From contig JBHGNT010000001.1 of the NCBI GenBank assembly GCA_043228905.1, forward strand, positions 806,001 through 870,000: a stretch of 64,000 nt of DNA, in the 5' to 3' direction. Positions 1 to 11,294 of this stretch are shown one piece after another. How positions within the stretch are numbered: the first letter of the stretch is position 1; each line of letters opens with the position of its first letter. A model generated the notes under the pieces. The model saw only the letters and a list, made by a program, of their open reading frames with translations, ran no database searches and was not told the origin of the DNA. Source of the stretch: Azolla caroliniana (Eukaryota > Plantae > Polypodiophyta). Position numbers and translations under genes: made by a program.

Positions 1-59
1 TCCGAAGGTATCATTCTTTGTAGCTTCAATTGAATAGGATGGCTTAATTAGAACTAATA

Positions 60-900
60 GTAGTACAATATGCCATGTTAGATACACAAAATAGATTAAC
101 GCCAAGGAGGTCAATAAGGTCAAGATTTGGTGTTCCAAAACATTACAACCATATTTGGAAGACGTTATTGGCATTAGCAATGTTGCTACACCAATTTGCA
201 AGTTTATTGGAAGGATCACATGAGCTTGATTGGATTTTTATTGGGAATAAGAGTCTTGTCATGGTATCGGCAAATGATGTTTATTGGGAAGTATAGTTGG
301 ATTGTGGAAAAAGTTAGAAAGGTCTGGGGCTTTCATTAGCCCATATCTTCATATCATGGGTTTACCTGTCTTTAACTAGAGTGCCAAATCATTGTTTGAG
401 TGTGTTTTTGTGTATATAGATTTGGAAGGCATATCACCTCATTTCCAATATATTTTGGAGTATTTATGATATTAGGAGCTATTATTTAATCAGCGAATGA
501 AAATTGCATTTATTGTTTATTCTCTAATTGGCAGAAAGTGGTATGTCTTGTGAGGCTAATAGGCATTCTTCTATGGCAATTCTCATTATTAGAAAAGTCA
601 ATTAGTTAAAATATCACGAAGTTATGCTAAAGGAGTGGAATCACAGGTCTCACTCTGAAAATGTTGCAGCCTTGCATCCTATTGTAATTGCATTGTAGCA
701 ATTCCAATACAAATTAGATAGACCAAGCACTACACATACACCATTGTAGCTTCAATGAAACAAAGTGAATGGGCAAAGGTCAAACCGCTAAGGCATTTGT
801 CACATCAAGAAGGAAATATGTAAGTTGGCAAGCCATCATGTTCGTGACTTGATTTGGTCTAGAGGATTGAATAGTATCCCTAGGGATTCAATTTCCCCTA
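60..900 (+). mobile_element. Highly degenerate LINE (L1-like) reverse transcriptase relic
   Basis: Broken frames give RT-like pieces (KTLQPYLEDVIG at ~137-170; ELDWIFI resembling KAYDRVDW-F); no intact ORF; boundaries approximate. Confidence 0.35.
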
Positions 901-1786
901 TGCAAAATAGTTTTAGCGGTATTAAGATGTTCATATTGAGATTTCCATGTACGCAAAATGAAGGAGAGGCTAAAGTCATTAGCAAAGAAAAACAAACAAT
1001 TTAATCCATTGATGGTAAGGAATGGTATGCCCAATAGCATATATATATATATATATAAAAGATACACACTAGTATAGCAAAGGATGTATACTTTTAACAA
1101 TTAGGTACATTGAGGTGTGTTCTAGATATTATGTCCTAATGGTTTATTTGTGTTACTTGAATTGAACACGTTTAGGGTTTAGGGTTATGGTAACACACAC
1201 ACAAGCTTCATGACAGCACTTTGAAAGCCAAAAAGGAAGGAAATATGTACCAAATAGTGTTTAACAATCCATAGTAATGCGTGCCATAAAGTTTACATGA
1301 AAACCCCCACAAATAACTACAAATTGTATATCCATAATCCTTTTATCTTGTATATATAACTTGCAGGCAGATAGACAAATAGACATATTATCTAGTCATG
1401 GTAGAAGGTCAATTTTGACCTATGGAGAGTCAAAGATGCAAATATATTTGATTATCATCCTCGGATGTCTGACACAAAGAGAGACGAGCACATGGAGGTT
1501 GAGAATGGGTGAAACTCTGTAATTAGAAGACAATGTGTGTATATTGGAATACGAAAGGATACTGTTGGAAACCTCAGGCACCACCACACTATAGATTAGT
1601 AAATAGAATGCAAAGCCAGTATGGTATATATATATATATATATAATCATATGTGAACCTGACATAATCACATGTAAGCCTGACAAAGAACTAGAATAAAA
1701 AGAAAACCATGATGGATATTTGGATAATGTGAATGGAATGATGAATAAACTATGATATATATATATATATATATAGACAGAGATTA

Positions 1787-2573
1787 TCAGTAAATGTCAA
1801 GGATCTCTCTAATGTATCTATTGCAAAGAGGGCATGTCCCTCTACCCCTCCACAACTCTCGGGTACATGTGCGACAAAATGTGTGGCCGCAAGGGACAAA
1901 GCAAGCACCTTTCAACCCAACCATGCACACACAACACAAAGGATCAAGTTGTTCCGTCGGCTCCTCCCATGTGTCCCATGGACCTGCCTCGTATGATGTA
2001 TCTACAGGCACTACACATTCGTCTTCTGGACTATGTTCATCTCTTTGTGCTAGAAATGTGCTCAATGGAGCCCTTGTACCATGAGTAGTACTTGGTCTAG
2101 TGTTGGGTTGAATTGATGATGATGTCATTGACACTGATGATGAGGACGGTGGCATTGATGATGAAGATGACGATGACGAGGATGGTGGAAATGATGGTGA
2201 TGGAATTGATGATAAGGATGATTGATTCTCATGAGATTTGAATGAAGATGATGATGGATTCTCATGAGATGATGTTGATGGAATTAACATGTCGGATAAT
2301 GGAATCTCCAGAGACTTGGATGATGAAGATGAGGATGGTTTCTCAGGAGATTTAGATGATGGATTCTCACATATACATGGTGATGCCTTAGATGACGTTG
2401 AAGTTGAAGTTGAAGACATAGGTGCTATCAGGGTTGCCCCAACAGACAGTTGAGGTAAAGTCTGTGGTAAAGGGAGAAATGAGGAAGAATCATGAAGACT
2501 TGATGATGATAACGATGGTGGGTTCTCACTTATCGGTGCCACCGCTGCAGATGGTTGTAAAGCACATGACATC

Positions 2574-2612
<39 letters not shown>

Positions 2613-3889
2613 TTCTCACTCTCAACCACAGTATCCCAGCTTGAACTCGAATCTGAGCGTAACGACTCTGGGCCTGATAGCACATCATCATCAACAAGTT
2701 CAAACATATTCAATCCATTTTTCCAAGGATTTGACATCAAAACTCTGCCATCTAACATCTTGTCGTTGTCACATAGACTAGTTCTCGTTGCAATGACATC
2801 ATCATGCGGCACCCGGTAACTAGTTTGTAGCAATGATTCTGATGTCTCAGTGGTGCTTTTCACACTGCTCTGGCCGACAATCTTTGTCTCTGCCTTTGCA
2901 AATAGCTTAGCGATGCTCTCCACATTCTGATCACTCTTTGTAAGGTCACCTTTCAAAAGAATATGATCCTCTTTTCTCTTATTAGACAGCATGCTAACAA
3001 TCCTCTTTACAAGCTTCCTGTGAGGAGAATAGGCACGGTTTCCCATCATAACTAACTCGGTGCAGCTTGGTACAGCCACATCCTGTTGATTGACTAAATC
3101 TTTAAATAATTCCTGGGTCCTTTGGATAGACATTGAACTAGGGGATAAACTTACAGATCTTTCCCATCCACCTGCTTCATAAATAATGTTGATACCACCT
3201 GATTCCCTATCTTCTGAATAGTCTGAATGTGATGATGCATTTTGATCCATCTGAGATTCGTTTGAGATTCCAATTCCCTCCAAAACAAAATAATGATTCT
3301 TAATAGGATACAATGGACTCATACCTTGTATTAAAAATGGACCATTTCCTGCTTCAAAATGACATAGCACCCTCTTGAGATTATAGTCTAATAGTAACAA
3401 ATTCATGTAATCTTCTTTACTTTTGGATTGCTGATACATGGCTTCTTCAATAATAGGCACCGACACAGCAACTCTTGATCTCCATTCAAAGCTAAAATCA
3501 CACTTCCATTGAAGCAAAAGAGAGTGAATCTTGATTGAAATCTGTTTCCGATCTTCAGAGTTTTTTGGAAGGACCCAATTCCGAGAACCAGATATCAGTG
3601 ACGATAACGATAATGACATTGGTGATGATGATAATGACACTGGTGATGATGATGATGACAATGACGATAAGTTCCTTGAAACTTTGGATGCTAGAGGTGA
3701 GAAGGAGCAACGAAGTCCTTCACCACAACTTCGTGTATCAACGATATCAACAAGTTTTTGAGATTTTCGTTGGAGCATAAAAGCTTTCTCGACAGCCACT
3801 TCGACGAGCTTTTCAAGCCCTTTACGGGAGCCAGTAACATCTTTCCTACTATCTACAATTTTGTTTGGTGGATGTGCTAACAAGCTCAT
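1787..3889 (-). CDS. RING-HC (C3HC4) E3 ligase-like protein with N-terminal KIX-like domain and Ser-rich linker, 700 aa, single coding exon
   Basis: C-terminal CCVCMVGLKGACFVPCGHTFCRTCTRELWRGRGTCPLCNRYIREILDIY matches the plant C-terminal RING family; aa ~105-175 (EWRSRVAVSVPIIEEAMYQQSKSKEDYMNL) resemble KIX domains of HAC1/KIX8-9/MED15. Confidence 0.85.
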
Positions 3890-3946
3890 TGTTAAAAGAC
3901 TTCTCTAGTTAAACCGTAACCACAAACATTGCTGCGATAGAAACCC

Positions 3947-5550
3947 CTGCAATATATATAAAAGCAAGCATAATGAACTGTTGGATTAAAAGAAACTCAA
4001 GAAAAAAATGAAAAGGGCATACGAGATTCAATACAATGAAGAAGAAATTCAAAATAGGCGCTTCATAATTCTCTTGGAGGCCAATTTTCACATATAGACA
4101 TGTGGCCTTAAGTAAGCTATGACATAAGATAGCTTCCCTCGATGTGAGTCAATGATCTCTATTGCCTTGCGGCTAGAAAAAGTCAGGAGAACGAAAACGT
4201 ATAAAGTCAAGAGAAAGAAAAAGTATAAATGATGGGGCATTCCAATCCCAATGAGAAATTGATGACAATTGAATTCAAAACCAGGTATGCGTGGTAGGCT
4301 ATGATTTCTTTTTTCCACATAAGGCTATGATAGGGACCATCTACATTTTAATTACAAAGAATATTTGCATTTTATATAACAACCGTATGGATCATCAAGA
4401 CCATGCAATGCAATCTTTACCGCAGTTTCTTTGTCTTTTGCCATTTTTTTTGCAAATGGCAAAGCTTTAAGAAATTTGACAGTGACTTGCAATTGGACAA
4501 ATCAAAGCTTTCAAAGGGAATCTTTGCTCACTTTTATTGCCATCACAGTTGACCAAAACATGGCAATGATTATCAGTAGATTCTCTCCCACATTGAATTA
4601 TGCTTGGAAATACACATATGGCTTAATATAATGGAGGCCTAATTATGTTGAGTAAAGCAGGTTTGATTCACATTCATCTGCCTTCTGGGAACAGTCTACA
4701 AAAAGTAGATAACTCAATTTGAAAGCATTAACTTTTGACAAGAAACCTTAATTGGTTTGGTTGGACCGATTCAAATCTTGCCACAAAGGCAATGAAACCT
4801 ATCCTTTTTTCTTTTTCCTGCTGCGCTTATACGTTACCGTATGCCAGAAAGTAAATAGAAACTCATTTTATCCTTCTCCATTTATATGTTGCTATATGAC
4901 ATAAAAGAACGGAAAGGAAATGGTTTTGTTTTCCTTTTTCAGCTGTATGATCAAGCATCCTAATTTTATGACCCCTGAATTCAACCTTTTCATATGACCT
5001 CCAACATACACGTATTTTTAACATGATACATAAAGATTGTGATTTTCATAGGTTGACTGAAATCCATATAGTAAAATTAGTCTAAACAAAGAAACCGATA
5101 TGTAGGACTCGTCTTATCATTCTCCCTGTTTATTTCCGATCAATATAAACTAACAAGGTTTCATCGAAGATTACTGTTTGAAGAAAACCCAAAGATGTAA
5201 TTCGATTGAGAATCTAATCCACATAGATACACCCGCACATATACGTAATACATTTGCACATGTATACGTACACCAATTTGCCTATCTATGCATAGGTATA
5301 TACCTATATGCATTCATACATATATATTTGATCAGATTCTTACAAAGGCCATACGTTAGGTCCCATTAGAAACTTTGATTGAAAATTGAATAGACCAGAC
5401 ATTGGCTATACATTGCTATTATTATTACACGCCCTGATTCAATTACCAATGCTTGAATATTGATACGAATCAAATGAGGGGCAGGGAAAAAGGTTTAAAA
5501 TTTTTAAAAAAAACGATCAGAATCTTGCTAAAGGAAAAAATCAGCTTACC
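3947..5550 (-). other. Probable 5'UTR intron of the RING gene; non-coding first exon begins near 5551
   Basis: Minus-strand donor AAG|GTAAGC near 5550, acceptor TTGCAG| at 3947; CT/GA-rich promoter-like sequence at 5650-6000. Confidence 0.55.
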
Positions 5551-8500
5551 TTAGATTGAAAACATCAAATCCAGGAAAGAGTGATGGTGAAGATGAAGTG
5601 AAGAAGAAGAATGGGATCTTTTTACAAGTGGTTCAAATATCGCGCTTCTAGCTCTGTTTTTACCTCTCTATTTTCCTGTCTGTCTGTCTCTCTCTCTCAT
5701 CTATCTGTTTTCGTCTCCCTCTCCCTTCTCTCGGTTTCTTTATTTCGTCTCTTCTTCTTCTTCAAAGAAATGAGAGAAAAGAGAGAGAGAGAGAGAGAGT
5801 TTGGCAGGTTTCTTGGCGCGCTAACTCCTCCTCCATTTGGGGTGGGGGGTGTAGGAGGGAGGGGCAGCATTTATCTCTCTCTTATTTTTATTATTATTTT
5901 TCCTCATTTCTTCTCTCTCTTCTTTCTTTCCCTTCTTTTTATTTTCCTTGACCTTTTGGATTTTATCCCCCCCCCCCCTTCCTTCTTGCGTATTTTTTCT
6001 TCTCTTTTCTCTTTTAAATTCGTTAACGGGCACATTTTATTATTTAGATTTATTAATTAGTTAATTAAGTAAAAGGGGTTCTAAAATCTTCGAGGCTCAA
6101 GCCTTTAGCAGGGAGAACAAAATTTGTAATATTGGAAAAATAATAGTGGCACGACATTCTTTCTTCTTCTTCTTCTTTTTGATAAGTGGCATGACATTCT
6201 CTTCTCTTCTCTTCTCTTCTCAATTCTATTCTCTTCGTGTGGTCAAATTCAAATATCAAGCAATCTTGCTATGTTCTGTAGCAACATACGAAGAGGCTTA
6301 GCTCCACCCATATGAAGCCGCTAACAACGCTCCTCTATGCTTAATATGAATATGCTAATGGTTGCTTCTAAGACATTGTCAGGTTTGATGCCCACAATGT
6401 TAGCATAGTTTAGGCCTAGGACAATTAACGAGTACATTGGAACGTTTTCCATCTTTTCCTAGTTGAATTTAGATTTCAGGCAACCCTCCTTGCGTAATCT
6501 GAAGTAGGTCATGGCATACAAAGAGGCCTAGCTCCACCCATATGGAACCACGTGAGCACCTAGGGGATATATTCACCTAGAGATATATAAACCATATGAC
6601 TCTTCCTATCTTATGTAATTCGCATTGAACATGATTTGCTTCATCAAAACATCATTTTTTGTATATGCAACAATCCTCATTGTTGTGGCAAAAGCCTTTC
6701 TAGCTTCATGACAAAGTTGAGTATTTTTTAACAATGTTGAGGTCCCCACTTTAGGTTTAGAGGTTCTTTTCTTTTCTTTTTCTAAACAAGATATCCTTCC
6801 ATTAGTTTAAAAAAACATATCTACTACAAAATGCAACCCACTTATTTTACAAAAATGAGAGATGAATTGGGAGGTTTAGAGGTTCTTTCTTGGCATGCAT
6901 ATTTCGACTTCTTTTCCCATTTGTTTATACCTAATAAGTTTCTCTACATATGCCTCCTCGAGAATACGATGGAGGAAAGCGGTTTTCACATTTATTTGCT
7001 CTAGCTCCACATCCTCCTCCACCTCGATGTGAAGTAGCAATTATAACATCAACACCTTTATAATTGGAGAAGTTTTCATCAAAATCAACTACACATTGCT
7101 ACTTTATCTGTTAGTGACAAATCATGTGTTGCATTTTGAATTTGAGCTTTGAAATGTGAACTTTAACATGTACATCCACTTTCCTGGTTTTGCTCATCAA
7201 CTAAATGCAATAAGTTTCAACCACTGTATGGTGAACTTCTACCCATGTCCCCTTGCTTCTACTCATGGCCCCTTGATCCTTCCCAATGGTTGTGGTTGCA
7301 CCTCTTGTGCACTTAATGAAGAAATTGTACTTCATTGGACCACCCTCTTTGTGGTGTAGACTTACCCTTGGTCAAGTGGCACTTTGTCTCGTGAGATTAG
7401 GATCCATTTATTAGTATACCATGCAGGCTCACAACAAACTCTTCAACAATGTAAGATTAACACTAGTTAGTAACAAGCTTATTATTCTATTAACAAGACT
7501 TATATGCATAGAAATAGAATCAAAGTTCAATCGATAATGATATAAAATATATCTTGCAAGAAAAATCACATTACAACCACTTGGATCTTTCTATGTTAAT
7601 TTGTGCAATGTTTACACATGGTCAGTCGGTCACCATCCTATTGTTCAGATTTAAAGTTCTAAACAATCATCAACCAACCCAACAATCTCTTTCCATTCAC
7701 AAAATGGCATTCTACTTATTTAAGGATTATCCACGTTCTCTTTATATTTTACACCTATCACTATGATATATTTATTTCTTCCCTCTACATGGCAATACAT
7801 GGCACACTCATGGAACACCGGATTCGAAGAAGAAACCCCAAGATAATTGAGAGGAGTTTGAAGGGTTTATGTTGTGTAGAAAATTCAATGCTTGTTAGGA
7901 TGACATCATCGATATCAAACTAATATGCAATTGGGGGGATGGTCCACAAGATTGATGGCGGTGGTTCTAGTGCAACCACATTATCAACACAAGGGGTGGG
8001 GAAGTAGTTGATCCTTTGTTGGGCTCAAGAAGAGGGGAGTACAAACCTCAGAGAGGATGTTTGTGTGGTCCGTGATGTCTTGGTTCCACTAGGAAACAAG
8101 ACAACAAACCTCGTTCATTGCGTTCATTGTGATCTCTTGATAAGCTTGATCAATATTCGTCCATATCATGAGGCTACCTAAACATTCATACGCATATATG
8201 CCTCGTTGGAATCAACCATCATTGGTCCATGCATGTCAAAATGCTTTACTTTCCCAAAACCAATCTCAAATTGTTGTCATTGTACTTGTCACATGCTCTT
8301 AAAATGTCATATAGACATTTTAAAAGGGTGATCATATATTAACTTAGCAGTTGTATTGCCCTTTGTTGTCATTCAAACTCAAATTGTTGTCATCGTGCTT
8401 GCCATGTATTCTCCATATATAGATATATACAACCCGTATGGATGGCAATGGTTTTCTCCAATAGAACAAATTTAAAATATACTTCATTTGACGATTACAA

Positions 8501-10019
8501 AATACCACAAGATACCCCTGCAAATTGTGCCCTCACTATTCTATCATGAAAACTAATAATAATATAACGGAATTATCTCAATCATTTACATTGATAAGAT
8601 AAACCTAGCCCATAGTGGTTATCCCTACCTACTACCAGCAAGTACTCATTACTCATCCCAAGTACCAAACAAAATTTGCATTTTATATTCCTTACTTTTA
8701 GATCTTGTTGATGAATCAAAGTCCTCGTCGTCAAAGTTCAATCAAGTATACAACACAATCATAATTTATCCCTATAAGGCTCCTATATTTTTTTAGTTAT
8801 CATTGTCTTGACTAAAAAAGACAACTTCTCAACATTAGTGCATGACTCTTGGGAAATAAAGTATTTGTCATTTATCAATATGACGCTTGACAAGTATAAT
8901 TTCTTTTCTATTAAACACCACTTCTCTTCTTGTTTCACATTCAAAACAATTGTGTTTGGAAACACAAAGGAAAGTGCTTCACATAATATATGTTTTTCTT
9001 TGATTATTTCCACCCAAGTCTCTCCTTTCATAATTATATAATGTGCAACAATACACCTTCATCATCCGTCTCAAGCCCAAACACTTCAATGATAATTTAT
9101 TCATCCACGATCTACATATTGACTTTGAACATCATACTGCCACCAAATATCATCCTTTCATTGCATTAAAAAAAAAGTCGGGTGCCAATCATTACCCTAT
9201 AGAGATATATTATAGTCTCAAGGTCATTCATACTAAATCTGGCTTTGTAAAAAGGCATCACCATTGAAGAAAGCAAGATGTCGCATGGTCTCCTCAAATG
9301 GCCATATTTGCACTCCCAACTCTCATCAACCTAGTAAACATAGCATTTGACAATTTTATGGGTGTAATCAACACGTTGGGTAAAGACTCAAGACTTGAGG
9401 CTTAAGTTCCACCTTAGATCAAAATGTGATTGTTTTTAAACCTATTGTACCATGCTCATAAGTTGGCTTAGTATTTTCTCTGAATGACAACCAACCTACA
9501 TCAACTGGTGGGATCATTTTGGGTATTATCACAACTGTTGAGAATCAAGCTCAACTTGGTCTAGTGTGTGAACTCACCCTGAGAGTGAATAGACACTCCA
9601 ATGGTCAAGAGTCACCATTATGTCACCACTTTGTATTCTAGCATTATGATTCTATGACACATAACTTATGAGCTTTCACATTCCCCATGCTCCATGAGCC
9701 TTGTAGTTAATGAAGAGAGAGGGTGACTATATAAAGCACCCTCCTCCCACCTTGTATAGTGTTGAGTCTTTCTCCTTTGCTAATATACTTAACCTTGCGT
9801 ATGTCAAGATTCGAACTCTTGACACGACCATGTTATAATCTAGTATTATGAGTTAACCAAGATATCTAGTACTAGTTATGTATGTAATTGGTCCTTATTA
9901 TTTTGCTAGCATCATGTGCATAGTTGCTCCCTTGTAGTATTTACACTTGGCACATGCATGCATACCTACATGCTCTATTGTAGATTTACATGCGTGCAAC
10001 AAGTATGCATGCCATGTAG

Positions 10020-10062
10020 TATAAATAGAGGAGTTCACCTTGAAGGAATTCAAGGTGAACAA
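10020..10062 (+). promoter_or_regulatory. Gypsy LTR TATA box (10020-10027) and predicted TSS/self-primer (10052-10062)
   Basis: TATAAATA; AAGGTGAACAA starts 32 nt after the first base of the TATA box and is complementary to the post-LTR site. Confidence 0.7.
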
Positions 10063-10156
10063 CACCAGTTATGGAGTCTTTCCTTTAATACTATCTTCTT
10101 TCTTGTCCATTTGGTTATCTTCTTGCTTGTCTCTTGAGCTTATGATCCGTGACAGT

Positions 10157-10167
10157 TTGTTCACCTT
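10157..10167 (+). promoter_or_regulatory. Self-priming PBS (non-tRNA)
   Basis: TTGTTCACCTT, 2 nt after the 5' LTR, is the exact reverse complement of 10052-10062; no TGG tRNA-type PBS. Confidence 0.8.
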
Positions 10168-10203
10168 CCATCCTCATAGCTCTCCCTCTCATAAGCCATA
10201 GCT

Positions 10204-11172
10204 ATGTCCGACTCAACTAGTGAGTTAGGCCAAATAATGGTAGCCTTACGACAACTGCAGCTTGAAAATGAAGCTCTTCGAAATTCTTTACAAGAACTTC
10301 AAGTCGGTACCTCCCTATCCTCACAACCCCCGAACCCTAGTCTCCCACAACAACCTAGCCTAGAGCCCGATCTTCTACCAACATCTAGCCTAGCTTCGTC
10401 ACAGTTTCTTGAGCCTAAGGTTAGCCTCCCAGAAAAATTTGATGGAACGAGGTCGCGTTTCCGAGGGTTCATCAACCAAGTTCGACTTATCATTCGGCTA
10501 CAACCTCAACGTTATGGAGATGGTCTTCGACAAGTCGGCCTTGTGGGCACCCTTCTCTCCGGTCCGGCCCAAGCTTGGTTTGCACCATTGGTAGAAACCT
10601 CATCACCTTTATTGGAGGACTTTCCCGCCTTCCTGGCCGAGTTAGAGGCCACATTTGGAGAGACGGACCGACGACGTACAACTCTTAACAAGATTTATGC
10701 ACTCGAACAAGGTTCACGTGCAACTTCGGTCTATGCTTCCGAATTTCGACAACTAGCATGCGACGTCAATTGGGATGATCAAGCTTTAGCTGATCACTTT
10801 CGGCGCGGCCTTCGAAGCAATGTCAAGAATCTTCTCTTAAACTTTCCGGAGCCCACCTCGTTATCCCAAGCGATTTCACAAGCAGTCCATTGTGACAATC
10901 GTCTTTTCGAATTTCGCCAAGAAGAGCGCCGGACTTGGGTTCCATCTCATTCACTTCCACGCCACGCCCCGGTCATACAATCCCAAGCATCCTCACACTC
11001 GCCTACTTTGGCAGATGCTCCTATCCCCATGGAAATTGATCAAGCCCGATTTCGGCCATTGACTGATGTTGAACGACAATTTCGGCGAGCTAATGGCTTG
11101 TGCATGTATTGTGGCGCCTCCGGTCATGTCGTTCGCCATTGTCCTAGGAGTACTCGCCCACAATTCCATTGA
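10204..11172 (+). CDS. gag: Gypsy Gag (capsid + CCHC zinc knuckle)
   Basis: PEKFDG motif, QGSRATSVYASEF MHR-like motif, PMEID, CMYCGASGHVVRHC; the TGA at 11170 may be a premature CGA>TGA with the ancestral stop at 11218-11220. Confidence 0.92.
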   Translation: MSDSTSELGQIMVALRQLQLENEALRNSLQELQVGTSLSSQPPNPSLPQQPSLEPDLLPTSSLASSQFLEPKVSLPEKFDGTRSRFRGFINQVRLIIRLQPQRYGDGLRQVGLVGTLLSGPAQAWFAPLVETSSPLLEDFPAFLAELEATFGETDRRRTTLNKIYALEQGSRATSVYASEFRQLACDVNWDDQALADHFRRGLRSNVKNLLLNFPEPTSLSQAISQAVHCDNRLFEFRQEERRTWVPSHSLPRHAPVIQSQASSHSPTLADAPIPMEIDQARFRPLTDVERQFRRANGLCMYCGASGHVVRHCPRSTRPQFH

Positions 11173-11294
11173 GCTAACGAATCCCAACATCCGGAAAACG
11201 ACATTGTTTGGTTGCAATAGGAGCCATGTAACTGGACATCTCCTGTCGCCCACATTCTCTTGGTTCCATTGCTGGACCATCAGGCAATTTCACA

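Noticed and set aside
1171-1190. Interstitial telomere repeat
   Set aside because: Only two TTTAGGG units; too short to be meaningful
5611-6060. 149-aa hydrophobic ORF
   Set aside because: Arises from CT/T-rich low-complexity promoter and UTR sequence of the RING gene
9916-10137. 73-aa ORF duplicated at 14852-15073
   Set aside because: Lies within the two LTR copies, has a non-ATG start and no coding signal
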